From the NCBI RefSeq assembly GCF_006345805.1, contig NC_043013.1, positions 27,590,001 through 27,654,000 of the forward strand: DNA of 64,000 bases. Direction: 5' to 3'. Position numbers and translations under genes: made by a program. The stretch is from Octopus sinensis. Taxonomy: Eukaryota. The number at the start of each line of letters is the position of its first letter. Position 1 is the stretch's first letter. Positions 37,838-50,078 of the stretch are shown here, piece by piece. The notes under the pieces were generated by a model. It worked only from the letters and a program-made list of their open reading frames with translations, made no database searches and was not told the DNA's origin.

Positions 37838-39541
37838 ATCAAGGATACAATGAAATGGAAACAATTTACTCCCATGGGTTTCATAAAGAAATTCCAATTA
37901 CCAAATATAACAGGTAACTGAGGCGGGCTGGAACATATAATGGCCAAAACATTGTGAACATAGCAAGCACGATGATGTCACTCATCTGAATACGACAGAG
38001 CTTAAAATTGATATTTCTACCTCTCAGAAATTCAGACAAAAATTATAGAATTATTAATTAGAATGGAAGGAATAAAATATTACAAAAAGCTACGAAATAT
38101 AACAAAAAAAAAAAACACTAACAGAAAGAAAAGTTTTTCAACATCCGTTTTTCCATGGGTTGGATGGTTTGACCAGGATCTGGTAAACCATAGGGCTGCA
38201 CCTAGCTTCAATGTCTACTTTGGCACGATTTCTACAGCTGGGTGCCCTTCATAATGCTAATCACTTTACAGAGTGTACTGTGTGCTTTTTTCCTATCAGC
38301 AGCACCAGTGAAATCGACAAATAATTTGAAAAACAAAAGAATAGGAAGCAAAAAAAAGCACCTTCAAATAAATAGGAGGTGGCTGACAGGGGGAGGTCCT
38401 ATGCCAAGTGCTGAAAAACTAAAGTGTGATAGAGAGACAAGCCCAGTTGTTTTGCTTAGATATTAGACAATATAAACACCAATTTGGAACAGGCCATAAG
38501 ATTTGAACTGTGTATTTATTACTTCTTGTTGGGTGAATATGAGAAAGGAAATGAAATTCTACAAAAATAAAGTGTAGAAAGGAAAATTCTGGTAAAGAAA
38601 GTTAGGAGAATTATGATAAATTGGTAAACAGACAGATACTGATAAATGTTAATGAGGAGTAAAAGATCCCTTGTAGGATAACGATGAATAGTAAAATGCT
38701 GTACTGCAAATCTGTTTAACTGCTGTTGATCACATAGGAAAAACAGATATCAAAAGAAGAAATGTTGAGTAAATATTAAAAATATTAAAAAACCTAACCT
38801 AACAACATTATATAGACATAAAGATAGTTATTAATGGGAATACAGAGGTGTGTCATAGAAGCTTTGTGTGTTGAATATAGGTTTTTGTGTTAAATCTAAA
38901 CAATATGAACTTTGCTTTTCGTTTCCTGATGTTAAGGGTTTAGTCGGCGAGCAAGTTTAGCATGGAGAGTCTGTCAAATATTATCATGAAGGTGAGATTG
39001 AAACTGATGTTATTGAAATCTCAAAATAAACCAATGAATGAATGCTATGCTTGATTTACTTGACACAGCTGACTGAAGTTACACCTTGCCTTGCCAGTCA
39101 TGACTGTACAGATGAAAAACGTGAAAGCTGTTCTCATTGGCAGACAAATCCCTTGATATTCTTAGTCTACAAAGACTTTTTACTCCCTTAATAGCTAAAA
39201 TGGTAAGTGAAAGTTGCAGCAGTTAAATCTCACTTGAAAAAAAAAAAAAAAGCTATTTTGTTCCTAATTGCCATTGAAATAAATCTTTTTCCTACAACTT
39301 CCTTGCAAGCTGCACTGCAAAATCAATAATATTATGGTATGAAAAAGACACCTCAAACATGCTATAAAGAAGTTGGTGTTAGAACGAGCATCCAGCCAGT
39401 AACATCATGCCAAAGCAAACACTGGAATATGATGCAGTCAATGGGTGCATCAGAGCCTGCTGAACTGTCTGACCCATGCCAGAATGGAACATGGACATTA
39501 AATGATGATAATGTTGTTGTTTTGTTCCAGATCAGTTCTGA

Positions 39542-39770
39542 TTAACCCTTTTGTTACTGTATTTATTTTGAGATGCTCTGTGTTTCTTTCAATTATTTTA
39601 AATATAACAAAGAATTTAGTAAAATAACTTAGTTATCATTCAGATAGTGTTTGGAACATAAATTGTGACTAAGGCTTGGTGGAATATTTTAATTCAAAAC
39701 TTATGAAAACAAGACATTTATACTACAGAGCCAGAGCCGGTTTTGGCCGGGTTGGTAACAAAAGGGTTAA
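39542..39770 (+). mobile_element. piggyBac-type MITE family 2
   Basis: ttaa-cccttttgttac ... gtaacaaaaggg-ttaa, 12-bp perfect TIR and TTAA TSD. Confidence 0.85.
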
Positions 39771-40119
39771 ATAAACCTATAATCAAACGTGCTCCAGCCA
39801 CGACAGGTCTGTATTTTGCTTTTTGTGTCAATCAAAAATTACATTATCTTTGTACATTAAACTGTGTTATCTTTTCAATGTAATGAATGTAATCACTGTT
39901 AATCCAAAAACTAGATAGAAATAGAAGGCATCTATGGTACCACACCATGTTCTCACTGCTGATAATGATGCTGCTGATGTCACAGATAATGCTGTTGCTG
40001 ATGCCACTGATAATAACAATAATAATGATGATGATGATTTCAAATTTCGGCACAAGGCCAGCAATTTTGGGGTGTAAGTCAATTACATTGACCCAGTGTT
40101 TCACTGGTACGTATTTCAT

Positions 40120-40300
40120 CATCCCTGTGATTATAGGTGCATTAGGAATTGTCCCTAAAGATTTGAACAGATGGATAGAGGAAATAGGTATAAAACCTAG
40201 TTTAGTGCAGCTCCAGTAAACAGTAATATTAGGAACAACTAGGATAGGTTCTTAGCATCAAAGGTTACTTGTTGTAGCCTGATGCTGAGAATTTTTCTTT
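40120..40300 (+). pseudogene. Remnant 3' end of an RLE-type LINE
   Basis: IPVIIGALGIVPKDL...LQ*TVILGT motif typical of RLE C-termini. Confidence 0.6.
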
Positions 40301-41628
40301 ACCAAGTCTAATCTATTGTACGTATATAAAATAATAAACCCTTCTATATAGGTACAAGGCCTCAAATTTTGTAGAAGAGAATAGTCAACCCCAGTACTTG
40401 ATAGGTACTTGTTTCATTGACCCCAAACCCACCTAAAGGATGGAAGCACTGTGTGTTTCACCCACATGTAAAATTAGAACATTTCACACACCCTACCCAA
40501 ATAAACCAAACTACACCTTCCTTTCTCTTCTTCTTTACATTTCCTCTTTCCTCTATGCTTATCTCTCCTTTTGCACACCTGCAGCCCAATCCTGTCCTCA
40601 CTGCCCTGCCCTGCCCACTGTGTCATTGCTATCCTGTTGTTTGCTTCAATTTATACCCAGGTCTCACCAGTTACTGCATTCTCCCCGCTTTCCCCTTTTT
40701 TGCATTCATGTCCCTTTTTTGCATTCATGTGAACTTCCTACTCCTGCACCCTTAGCAATGCCCTACCATCCAATTTATGTTACCTTGAGAATATAACCTG
40801 GCACATTGCCACTATCTCTCTCTCTCTCTCATTCTCGCTCTCGACCCAACTCATCTCCATTATCATTTTAATATCCACTTCTCCATACTCTCACAGGTCA
40901 AATGAAATTTGTTTAAGTGGATGCCCTTCGTGTTGCCCACCCTCACCTGTTTCCAATTAAGGCAACCAGACATGATTTCAAGGAAGACTGGAAATGAAGA
41001 ATACTGCTTGCATGAGAGTGACACTTGTTTACAACTATCAAGTGAAGTCAAGACAAGAACACTGTAATACATACATGCGTGCGCACACACACACACACAC
41101 ATGACAAGTTTCTTTCTACTGAATCCACTCACAGGGCTTCGGTCAGCCCAGGGTCCAAGGTTTCATACATTATGACTAAACCCAAAACTATGTGAGAAAA
41201 CAAACTTCTGACCATACAGCCATGTCTGCACCTACAATGGATAATATAATCCCTGACAAGCAAAGAGTCAGTATGGTCGCAGCCTGGAATACCTTTTGAT
41301 CTTATTCTTATTTCTTTACAGCCCACAAAGGGCTACACACAGAGGGGACAAACAAGGACAGACAAATGGATTAAGTTGATTATATCAACTCCAGTGCGTA
41401 ACTGGTACTTATTTAATTGACCCCGAAAGGATGAAAGGCAAAGTCGACCTTGGTGGAATTTGAACTCAGAATTTGAACTAAGTATTTCGCCCGGTGTGCT
41501 AATGTTTCTGCCAGCTCGCCACCTTTTTCTGCACAATCAGGGTGGATTTAGGCCTTAACAACAACAGGAGGTGAACAATACAAAAAATCATAATCTTAGA
41601 AATAAGGACTTATTTCATATTTACTTAC

Positions 41629-41831
41629 CATGAAGAGTGAACGGTGATGAAGAAACATGTTTTCCTTTATGCTTAACATGGATTTCAATATCCTTATATG
41701 ACCTATGTAGACGATACCTCACAATGTAAGATCCATCCTGCCGATCAAAAACATTGTGACCATACCAAACATTCGTTCCTTTCACTGCTAATGAAATCTG
41801 AAAAGCTTTTTCACCAACCGATTCTGTAAAA
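41629..41831 (-). CDS. POGLUT2: POGLUT2-like exon (filamin/Ig-like domain): FTESVGEKAFQISLAV...DRQDGSYIVRYRLHRSYKDIEIHVKHKGKHVSSSPFTLH
   Basis: Acceptor tttctttctag|t, donor g|gtaagt. DR.DGS.IVRYR filamin motif as in KDELC1. Not in the ORF track. An alternative AG 8 nt downstream (exon start 41823) exists, but the alignment to K|FTSSPGEK favours 41831. Confidence 0.9.
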
Positions 41832-43559
41832 CTAGAAAGAAAGACACATTTTAGTTAACTACATCCACAAACAATCTATAAAAAACAAACATAACAAAAA
41901 AAACACAATTACCAATACAAAAACTAAAGTTATTTCTATATGTTTTCATAGTTTATATTTATGACTACTTTTAAAAATAGTACCATACATACTGGTGCAT
42001 GAGATGTGCTTTTTTTATTCTTAAATGTAACAAAAAATTGGCATGCATCTAATGCAACTGTATTACTGATGGTATACTGAGTGTATGAGGAAACAATATA
42101 AAATCTCATTTTTTCACCACAAAAAAGTGCTCTTATTCATGAGTACATCTTATATACTAAGAAGTTGAGTAAAGTGTTAAAAACATCATTGACACTAAGA
42201 TTTACTTAAATTATTTCTATGTCATTACTTTATTTTTCATTTAAGTGGTTACAGTGTGAGAAACTAGAAGCCAGACTTATTAACAATGAAGTTATTAGAA
42301 AAATCATATGTCATAAACACATTTCAAATAATGAATTCTATAACATCTGTTGTCAATTAGTCTTCATGCTTCAAATACGATATTCATATGAGAAGAAAGC
42401 AACAAAATTGAAGACTTGTGTGAACTCTCAAGAAACTTGTACTTTACGTTTTAAAAAAGATGCTTACACACTAATAATAACAATATCTGGTTAGTGGTTG
42501 TACCAGAATGAGTGACACTTGTACTAACATTCTGAAGTGTAAATTGGTACCACAGCCACCGAAAATGTGATGGATCAAAGTTTGTGGGTCTCATCAGGAA
42601 GCCTTTTCTTTTACAGGTACACTCAAGGCTGTATGGTTCACAAGGTGTGTGGTTAGGGCATTTAGCTCACAATTATAAGGTTGCAAGTTTGATTCCCAGT
42701 AACGCACTGTCTCCTTGAGCAAGACACTTTTCCCATTGCTCCAGTGCACTCAGCTGGCAAAAATAAGTAGTACCTGTAATTCAATGGAAGCCTTGTCATA
42801 TTCATTTCCACACTGAATCTATGAGAATTACTTTAAGGGTACGTTAAGGTGTCTGTGGAGTGCTCAGCCACTTGCACGTTAATTTCATGACTGTTCCATT
42901 GGTTGGATCAACTGGGTCCCTTGTCATGGTAACTGATGGAATGCCAGTTGTTTCTTTTAATGGTTCAAAATCATGTAGATTTTGTTTCAAATTCACTGTG
43001 TGGCACTTTGAGCATGTGTCCTGAGCTGTAACCTTCTGATGGCTAATATATTGTGATAAAATTAAGATATTCAGCAAGCTTTATTGCTGAAATGTATATA
43101 ACAATATGTAACATATATTCAATAACAACTGTTCACTTAGTCTTGAAAATGATACCATCCAAGTACTTTCAAATATTTCACTAACCTACTTGTAACCTAA
43201 CCTGGAAGTTCTGCATTGTGTATTGTACTGTCTTGAAGTATTATTGTAATTTCACTTACATTTGATGTACTAAATGTATGTTTATTTACAGTAATATAAA
43301 ATGTGACAATATTTATTATATAAAATTTGTAGTCCTTTGCAAAATTTTTATTGTTTTCATTCTTTTCTAATTCTATGACAAATAATCACTGATATCAGGT
43401 CTGTTCATTAAAAAAAAGTGTGCTCTATCCTAAAGTGATAACATTTAAATCGACAATGATAAAATCAAGATAGACAACAATGTAATCCTGACAGAAGATA
43501 ATGAAATTGAGTTTGACATTGACAAAGTTGAGGTTGATAATGAGGAATTTGAGAGGGAA

Positions 43560-43985
43560 ACTTTGTAAGTGTTTAAAGTTGCCAAATACATTCTTCTTCA
43601 TATCATCTTTTAGCAACTCTTTCAGCTTCAAATGGAACCTTCTGGAAATTAAGCTTGGTTATTTCTGTAGTTGTGATGCATCTTTAGATCTGCAATAAAC
43701 TCAGCCTAATTTGGATTACATATGAATGTAATGAACAGATCTGTTTTTCCACAGAAGTGAAAAGGGTTCATTGAATCCCCAAAAATGTTTTTTGTGGAAT
43801 CTACCATCTCCAATGAAAGTAGACAGAGGCACAACAAAGCTACCCATACAGCAATCTGAACTTGGCTCTTCATGTCTTGTAACATTCTGATTCTTATTCC
43901 TGCTGAAACTTTTGAAACCATTCTTCAAATTTGCAATAACTATTGACAATGTACTCTTGTGATAACTTTCCGTACAGCCGAAACA
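43560..43985 (-). pseudogene. Helitron Rep (HUH replication initiator) fragment
   Basis: Across frameshifts: GKLSQEYIVNSYCKFEE, PLSTFIGDGR, GKTDLFITFICNPN, RFHLKLKELL...KKNVFG, matching Helitron Rep motifs YIVD.Y.KIE, PS.F.G.PR, PDLFITFTCNP, F.LKL..L. Confidence 0.82.
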
Positions 43986-44333
43986 TTTTAAAACTACGAC
44001 ATCAGTCGTATATTCATAATAGTTCAGTTGGGTAATATTTTTTATTATTATTCACATTCAAGAGCATCATATCCCAACTTTTCCTCTTAACCATTTTGTT
44101 ACCATATTTCTGTTGAGATACTCTGTGTTTCTTTCAATTAATTTTAAATATAACAAAGAATTTAATAAAATAATTTAGTTATCATTAAGCTAGTGTTAGA
44201 GCCCTATATCATGACTAAAGTTTGGTGGAAGATTTTAATTCAGAACTTTTGTAAACAGGACATTTGTACTACAGAGCCAGAGGGAGATAATACAGCTGCT
44301 GAGGGAGATAATAAGGGGTATTTAAATGTTCAA

Positions 44334-44830
44334 AAGGCAGAGAGCTGGTAGAAACGTTAGCACGTCGGGCGAAATGCTTAGCGGTATTTCGTCTGCCGTT
44401 ACGTTGTAAGTTCAAATTCCGCCGAGGTCGACTTTACCTTTCATCCTTTCGGGGTCGATAAATTAAGTACCGGTTACGCACTGGAGTCGATGTAATCGAC
44501 TTAATACCTATGTCTGTCCTTGTTTGTCCCTTCTATGTTTAGCCCCTTGTGGGTAATAAAGAAATAGGTATTTAAATGTTCAACTATCATATTTTCTTAT
44601 TTGTTTTCTGCCCACAAACGGCTACACACAGAGAGGACAAACAAGGACAGACAAATGGATTAAGTCAATTATATCGACCCCAGTGCATAACTGGTACTTA
44701 TTTAATTGACCCTGAAAGGATGAAAGGCAAAGTCAACCTTGGTGGGAAGTTGAACTCAGAACGTAGCGGCAGACAAAATACCGCTAAGCATTTCGCCTGG
44801 TGTGCTAACATTTCTGCCAGCTTGCCACCT
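44334..44830. mobile_element. SINE family A tail-to-tail pair: 44334..44566 plus, ~44593..44830 minus
   Basis: The plus copy has a 17-bp TSD ggtatttaaatgttcaa. Other family A copies at about 6045..6490, 30325..30540, 35665..35870, 41310..41525 and 52375..52607. Confidence 0.88.
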
Positions 44831-46519
44831 TCTATCATATTTTCTGGCATACAAGTTAAATTTTTCAGACCAAAATTTACAGCCCCACCAAAAAAGGTAG
44901 CTTGAGTTATACAAGACAGCTTGGGAGGACCAAAAATTACTTGTGAAATACAGCAGTAATTTGCAAGAGAATGACAATGTTTGGATATCACTATACACTA
45001 CATCAACTTGTATTCTGGAAAATACAATCATTACTGTGTTCATAAGACAAACAGGCTCCGCATATGTATCAGGTTCTGTTCATTCAAGTGAATCCTAATG
45101 TACATTCAGTGGCTTGTTTGTATGTTGATATTGTAGAGGTAAACTTAGACAAGGGTTGTTGTTTTATCAGAGATAGTTTATAGCTCAGGTGACAAGTGAA
45201 ATGCATCACCTTCAATTCCTCAGGTATATATATATATATACACACACATAAACACACACACACACACACACACACATCATATACACCACCTTTGTTTGAA
45301 ACTATATCCTGGTCATAATTTGCCCCACTTCTGAAAATTAATTGCATTTTAAAAGTAATTAGAGCTGGTTCTTTGTTTTATTTATTTTTTTCCTGTATAC
45401 TTGTATTTTATCCACAAATAGACTTAAAAATAAGTGCTGGGGGGTAAATTTGTTCAACTAAAATCCTTTGATGCAGTGCTCCAGCATGGCTGAAACGCAT
45501 GAGGCCAAAAGATTAGAGGTAAAAGACAGTATGCTCCCAGAGGAAAAAACAAACAAAAAGAATAACGACATCATGTCATCGATATATATTAACATCTAGG
45601 ACTCCACACCACAAACAAACACACCCACAAGCGTGTACATACAAACACTTCCACGTTTTTTGTGAAACAAGTGCGAGAACCCAGACTACAGGTCAAATTT
45701 GAAAGACCAAGGTCAAAACGTGACAGACACACAAATTTATTTTAGTAATATATGTCTTAATTGTGTTATTTCTTTGTTTTTTTTTGTGATTTGTTACTCT
45801 ATTATGTCTTTTGTGTAATTTTCAACAGCAAAGTTGCGAGTGTGAGAAGCTTCAGAGTTTATTGGTATTGTCATAAGAAAATGTATATTATGAGAAGTAG
45901 TCAGGCAGTGTAGTAAGAAGCTTGCTTCACAACCACACATGGTTCTGGGTTTAGTCCCACTGCAATCTTGGGCAAGTGTCTTCTGTTACAGTCTCAGCCT
46001 GACCAAAGCCTTGTAAGTGGATTTGGTAGAGGGAAACTGAAAGAAGCCAGATGTATATATATATATATATATACACACACATACATATGTATGTATATGT
46101 GTGTGTGTCTTTACATGTGTCACTCACCAGCACTTGACAACCGGTGTTGGTGTGTTTATATCCCCATAACCTAGTGGTTTGGCAAAAGGGACTGATAGAA
46201 TAAGAAATAGGAATTATAAAAAAAATGTCTTGGTGTCAATTGTTTGACTAAAACCTTTCAAGGCAGTGCCCCAGCATGGCCGCAGTCCAATGACTGAAAA
46301 AAGCAAAGGATAAAAGATTCAAATTTAATTCATTACCAACCCTAATATTCTTCCTGTTCCTTACTTGTTTCAGTCATTATTAGACGGTGGCCATGCTAGG
46401 GCACCACTTTGAAGGGTTTTGATCAAACAAATTAACACCAGCACTATGATACTTATTCTATTGATCTCTTTTGCCAAACAGCTAAGCGACAGGAATGTAA
46501 ACAAACCAACAAACACACT

Positions 46520-47072
46520 CACAGCTTTGAGATTTCAATGATGCAATTGTTTATTTTTAGAATGACATTGTAGGGTAGGTGTGAGTGGCTGGATCTGGCC
46601 TGTTTGAACATAAAACAGATAGGATATTTGGTCTGGATATGGTCGGTTTAAATGATAAAGGGTTGGGTTAAAGTACATTCTACTCTCTTGAGAGGAAGTC
46701 ATATTGGATTATATAGCCCTAAATCTGCAGCCATCTGTCTGAAGAATGTGATGGTGATGGCTGTGGATACCTCTGATTACAGATCTGTTTGATCAGGGTT
46801 GACTTGGTATTAAAGAACAACATTACCATCAAGATAACTACATGCTTAGCAGTTTAACTCTTTAGCATTTAAACTGACCACATATGGCTGAAATATTCCA
46901 CCTGTTTTATGTTCAAACCAGCCAGATCTGGCCTCTTGCACCTACCCTACAATGTCATAAGATAAACAACGAGATCATTGAAACCTCAAAGCTACAAGAT
47001 AATGCATAATTCAATCAGAACAATTGAATAAATCAGCATTCTGTAAGAATAATCTGAATGCTAAACGGTTAA
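46520..47072. mobile_element. Two piggyBac-type MITE family 1 copies, head to head (46520..46665 partial minus; 46854..47072 plus)
   Basis: Same internal sequence (ctaccctacaatgtca, ctggccagat) and TTAA ends on the plus copy. Confidence 0.7.
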
Positions 47073-47510
47073 AATAAAAGAGCTGTGAAAAAGACAAAAA
47101 TTAATAATTTAACACCAAAAGTAAATAAATGTTAAGATAAAAAAACCATTATAAAATTTTAGAATAGAGGAAAATTTATTGTAATTGACATATATTGTCA
47201 GAAATTAGCTTTAGAGTAGGATCCAGTAGTAAAAAAAATACTTGAGAGGAAGCAACTGCAAATATCATTACAATACATACAGGGAACGGGAACAATGAAT
47301 CTGTATAAACTAATTAAATGTATTTATAAACATGAATAAGAAAACAATAAATAAGTATATCAATCTCAAAAATATTCTCAAACAAAAAGTCACAAAAGTA
47401 TCTTTTTCCTTTGTGAGGTGAGTTTATGTGTGCATATAATATATATATATATATATATATAATGTAATAAATATAATATAATATAATATATATATATATA
47501 TAAATATATA

Positions 47511-47966
47511 AGACATGGGATGAGGTAGTCAAGCATGACCTCAGAGCATTGGGCCTCACTGAGGCAATGGCGAAGGACCGAGATCTCTGGAGATATGCTG
47601 TGACTACAAAGACCCGGGCTGCTTTCTGCAGCAATTCCACATACCCCCTACCCATTCTAAGTACTCCGGATCCCCAAAGTACCCTGGATCCCCAAAGTAC
47701 CCCGGACCTTGTTGCCCCCGTGCCGCTGACACGTTAAAAGCTCGAACCGATTGTGACTGATGCCGGACCCTCCGGCCCCTGTGCAGGTGGCACGTAAAAA
47801 GCACCCAATCCACTCACGGAGTGGTTGGCGTTAGGAAGGGCATCCAGCCGTAGAAACTCTGCCAGATTCAGACTGGAGCCTGGAGCGGCCCCTGGCTTCC
47901 CAGACCCGGTCGAACCGTCCAACCCGTGCTAGCGCGGAAAGCGGACGTTAAACGATGATGATGATG
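47511..47966 (+). mobile_element. RTE family A LINE 3' end inserted in a TA microsatellite
   Basis: WDEVVKHDLRALGLTEAMAKDRDLWRYAV coding tail, two subrepeats, (gat)n tail. Confidence 0.85.
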
Positions 47967-48098
47967 TGTCTGTGTGTGTGTGTGTGTATATATTTGTATG
48001 TATGTATGTACACACACACACAAACACACATGGAGTTAATATGGAGTGTGAGAAAATCTTGAGTCATTTGAGTCACACAGTAAAATTGTATTACCTTA

Positions 48099-48480
48099 CT
48101 AGCAGAATTGCCCAGCGTTGCTCGGGGCTGAATTGCTTGAAAGTACTGTTAATGATTGCACTGAATTATGATGATTATTCAGGCAAATATTGATATAAGT
48201 TTACGGTGGGAGATAAGGACTTAACGATCAAACGTGTGCCATTGCATTGTTTTGGGGGAACCAAATTTCTGATGAGCATTATAGGGGTACCAACTTTAAG
48301 AAAGTGTGGTGGTAGTCCGGGGTGCTCAAAGGAATTGAGTACCTCTATTGGATAGTTGATCACGTCCTCTGGGTCAGGAGTTGTATCGATAGACTGATAT
48401 ACAGACTTCCCCAGGAATGAGTTTTAGCATTTCATCATTAATATGGTGAACAGTTTTATTCCTCGGGGCCAGTATAGCCT
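48099..48480 (-). mobile_element. Internally deleted Helitron: PIF1-like helicase fragment joined to the 3' terminus
   Basis: AILAPRN...IN and YPIEVLNS...GLPPH.LKVGTPIMLIRNL.P...CNGTRL motifs; 3' end ccccgagcaacgctggg (hairpin-like) ...ctgCTAG|T at 48099. Confidence 0.88.
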
Positions 48481-48735
48481 TTTATAATTTGTTATGATAA
48501 TGATAATATTTCACACGAATACTTATGTAGAAATACTTGGGTGTATTTAATTTAAAATTACATAGCTGTATTTTGACAATCCAGTGCCATTATTGCAAGC
48601 ATTGTTGCTGTGACAATTATTGTTCTTAAGACCTAATTCCTTACAATTGGTAACCAAACATTGTTTTAATTATACAGCAGAATTAATAAATGTATAACTG
48701 TAATTCATCACAGAGTCATTACCAAAGAAAGGTAC

Positions 48736-48850
48736 GAGATGGTACTGGATGGTATTACGAGATGGTACTGGATGGTATTACGAGATGGTACTGGATGGTA
48801 TTACGAGATGGTACTGGATGGTATTACGAGATAGTACTGGATGGTATTGC
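48736..48850. repeat. 23-bp minisatellite, 5 copies (gagatggtactggatggtattac)
   Basis: Units at 48736, 48759, 48782, 48805 and 48828; the first four are identical. Confidence 0.95.
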
Positions 48851-49003
48851 TTGCCCTTTGCTTTTCAATGGTGCATCCTCAAAAATGCCCAAATATGTTA
48901 CATGGAAGATTTATCTGTCTCATTTCAAAGTGATCTGAACAAAATTGGAACACACACACACTCGCTCTCTCTCTCCCAGGTTTGGTTGATGAAATAAATG
49001 TAT

Positions 49004-49416
49004 AGGCGCAAGAGTTGCTGTGTGGTAAGTAGCTTGCTTACCAACCACATGGTTCTGGATTCAGTCCCACTGCGTGGCACCTTGGGCAAGTGTCTTCTAC
49101 TATAGCATCGGGCCGACCAAAGCCTTGTGAGTGGATTTGGTAGATGGAAACTGAAAGAGGCCTGTCGTATATATGTATATATATGTATGTATGTGTGTGT
49201 ATATGTTTGTGTGTCTGTGTTTGTCCTCTCAACATCGCTTGACAACCGATGCTGGTGTGTTTACGTCCCCATAACTTAGCGGTTCAGCATAAGAGACCGA
49301 TAGAATAAGTACTAGGCTTACAAAAAATAAGTCCTGGGGTTGATTTGCTCACCTAAAAGGCGGTGCTCAAGCATGGCCGCAGTCAAATGACTGAAACAAG
49401 TAAAAGAGTAAAAGAG
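49004..49416 (+). mobile_element. tRNA-type SINE family B, full length (internal TA/TG microsatellite)
   Basis: ggcgca.gagt.gctgtgtggtaag...ggattcagtcccactgcgtggc head, tail gactgaaacaagtaaaagagtaaaagag; dozens of fragments across the window. Confidence 0.85.
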
Positions 49417-49491
49417 CTCATGTCAGTAAAAGATCATGCAGCACACAAATATGTTTGTTGGCAAGTTGTAGCCACATATGCATGCTTATTG

Positions 49492-49541
<50 letters not shown>

Positions 49542-49849
49542 TGTGTATATATATAAATAAATAAATAAATAAAAAATACACATTAAGTACAGGACATCAC
49601 CAATGAGTGAAAAGTATGTAAATACACGAGAGAAAAGTAGATGACAAAATACCAATAGATAACTTGTTCATCAGTTGTTGACTGTTTATTGCTACTCATT
49701 TCATGCTTTCAACGACAAGACAGGAAACCTTCATAAAACAGCAGAATCCAGAAATTTTAAAAATATAAAATTTGTGGAGAGTTAGGGCTTCGAACAAACA
49801 AACAACAACAGAGTGGATGCACAGGGTAAACAATTAACGAAGACAAACA

Positions 49850-50078
49850 TTAACCCTTTTGTTACTGTATTTATTTTGAGATGCTCTGTGTTTCTTTCAA
49901 TTACTTTAAATATAACAAAGAATTTAGTAAAATAACTTAGTTATCATTCAGCTAGTGTTAAGAACATAAATTGTAACTAAGGTTTGGTGGAAGATTTTAA
50001 TTCAAAACTAATGAAAACAAGACATTTGTATGACAGAGCCAGAGCCGGTTTCAGCCAGGTTGGTAATGAAAGAGTTAA
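49850..50078 (+). mobile_element. piggyBac-type MITE family 2
   Basis: Nearly colinear with 39542..39770, TTAA at both ends. A partial copy lies at 44087..44282 and an older copy split by insertions at about 12554..12640 and 13570..13690. Confidence 0.8.

Larger units (their letters stand above)
3045..41831 (-). other. POGLUT2: Gene span (coding exons 2-9) of KDEL-motif-containing protein O-glucosyltransferase (POGLUT2/KDELC1-like, GT90/CAP10 + filamin-like domain)
   Basis: Eight exons splice in one frame (203+215+248+235+210+90+105+27 nt; phases 2-1-0-2-0-0-0-0). The product carries GT90 motifs [25 protein letters not shown] and [15 protein letters not shown] and ends in HEEL-stop. Family assignment is from recalled similarity to KDELC1; POGLUT2 vs POGLUT3 orthology needs a tree. 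Confidence 0.93.

Noticed and set aside
43706-43921. ORF resembling a secreted or insulin-like peptide (hydrophobic stretch, CG...C)
   Set aside because: Explained as a frameshifted Helitron Rep fragment (PDLFITFTCNP motif); cysteine spacing does not fit an insulin B chain.
45600-45900. Possible promoter or plus-strand exon (ccacgt, acgtgac motifs; ttttcaacag acceptor)
   Set aside because: Short motifs at chance frequency, and no first exon could be linked to them.
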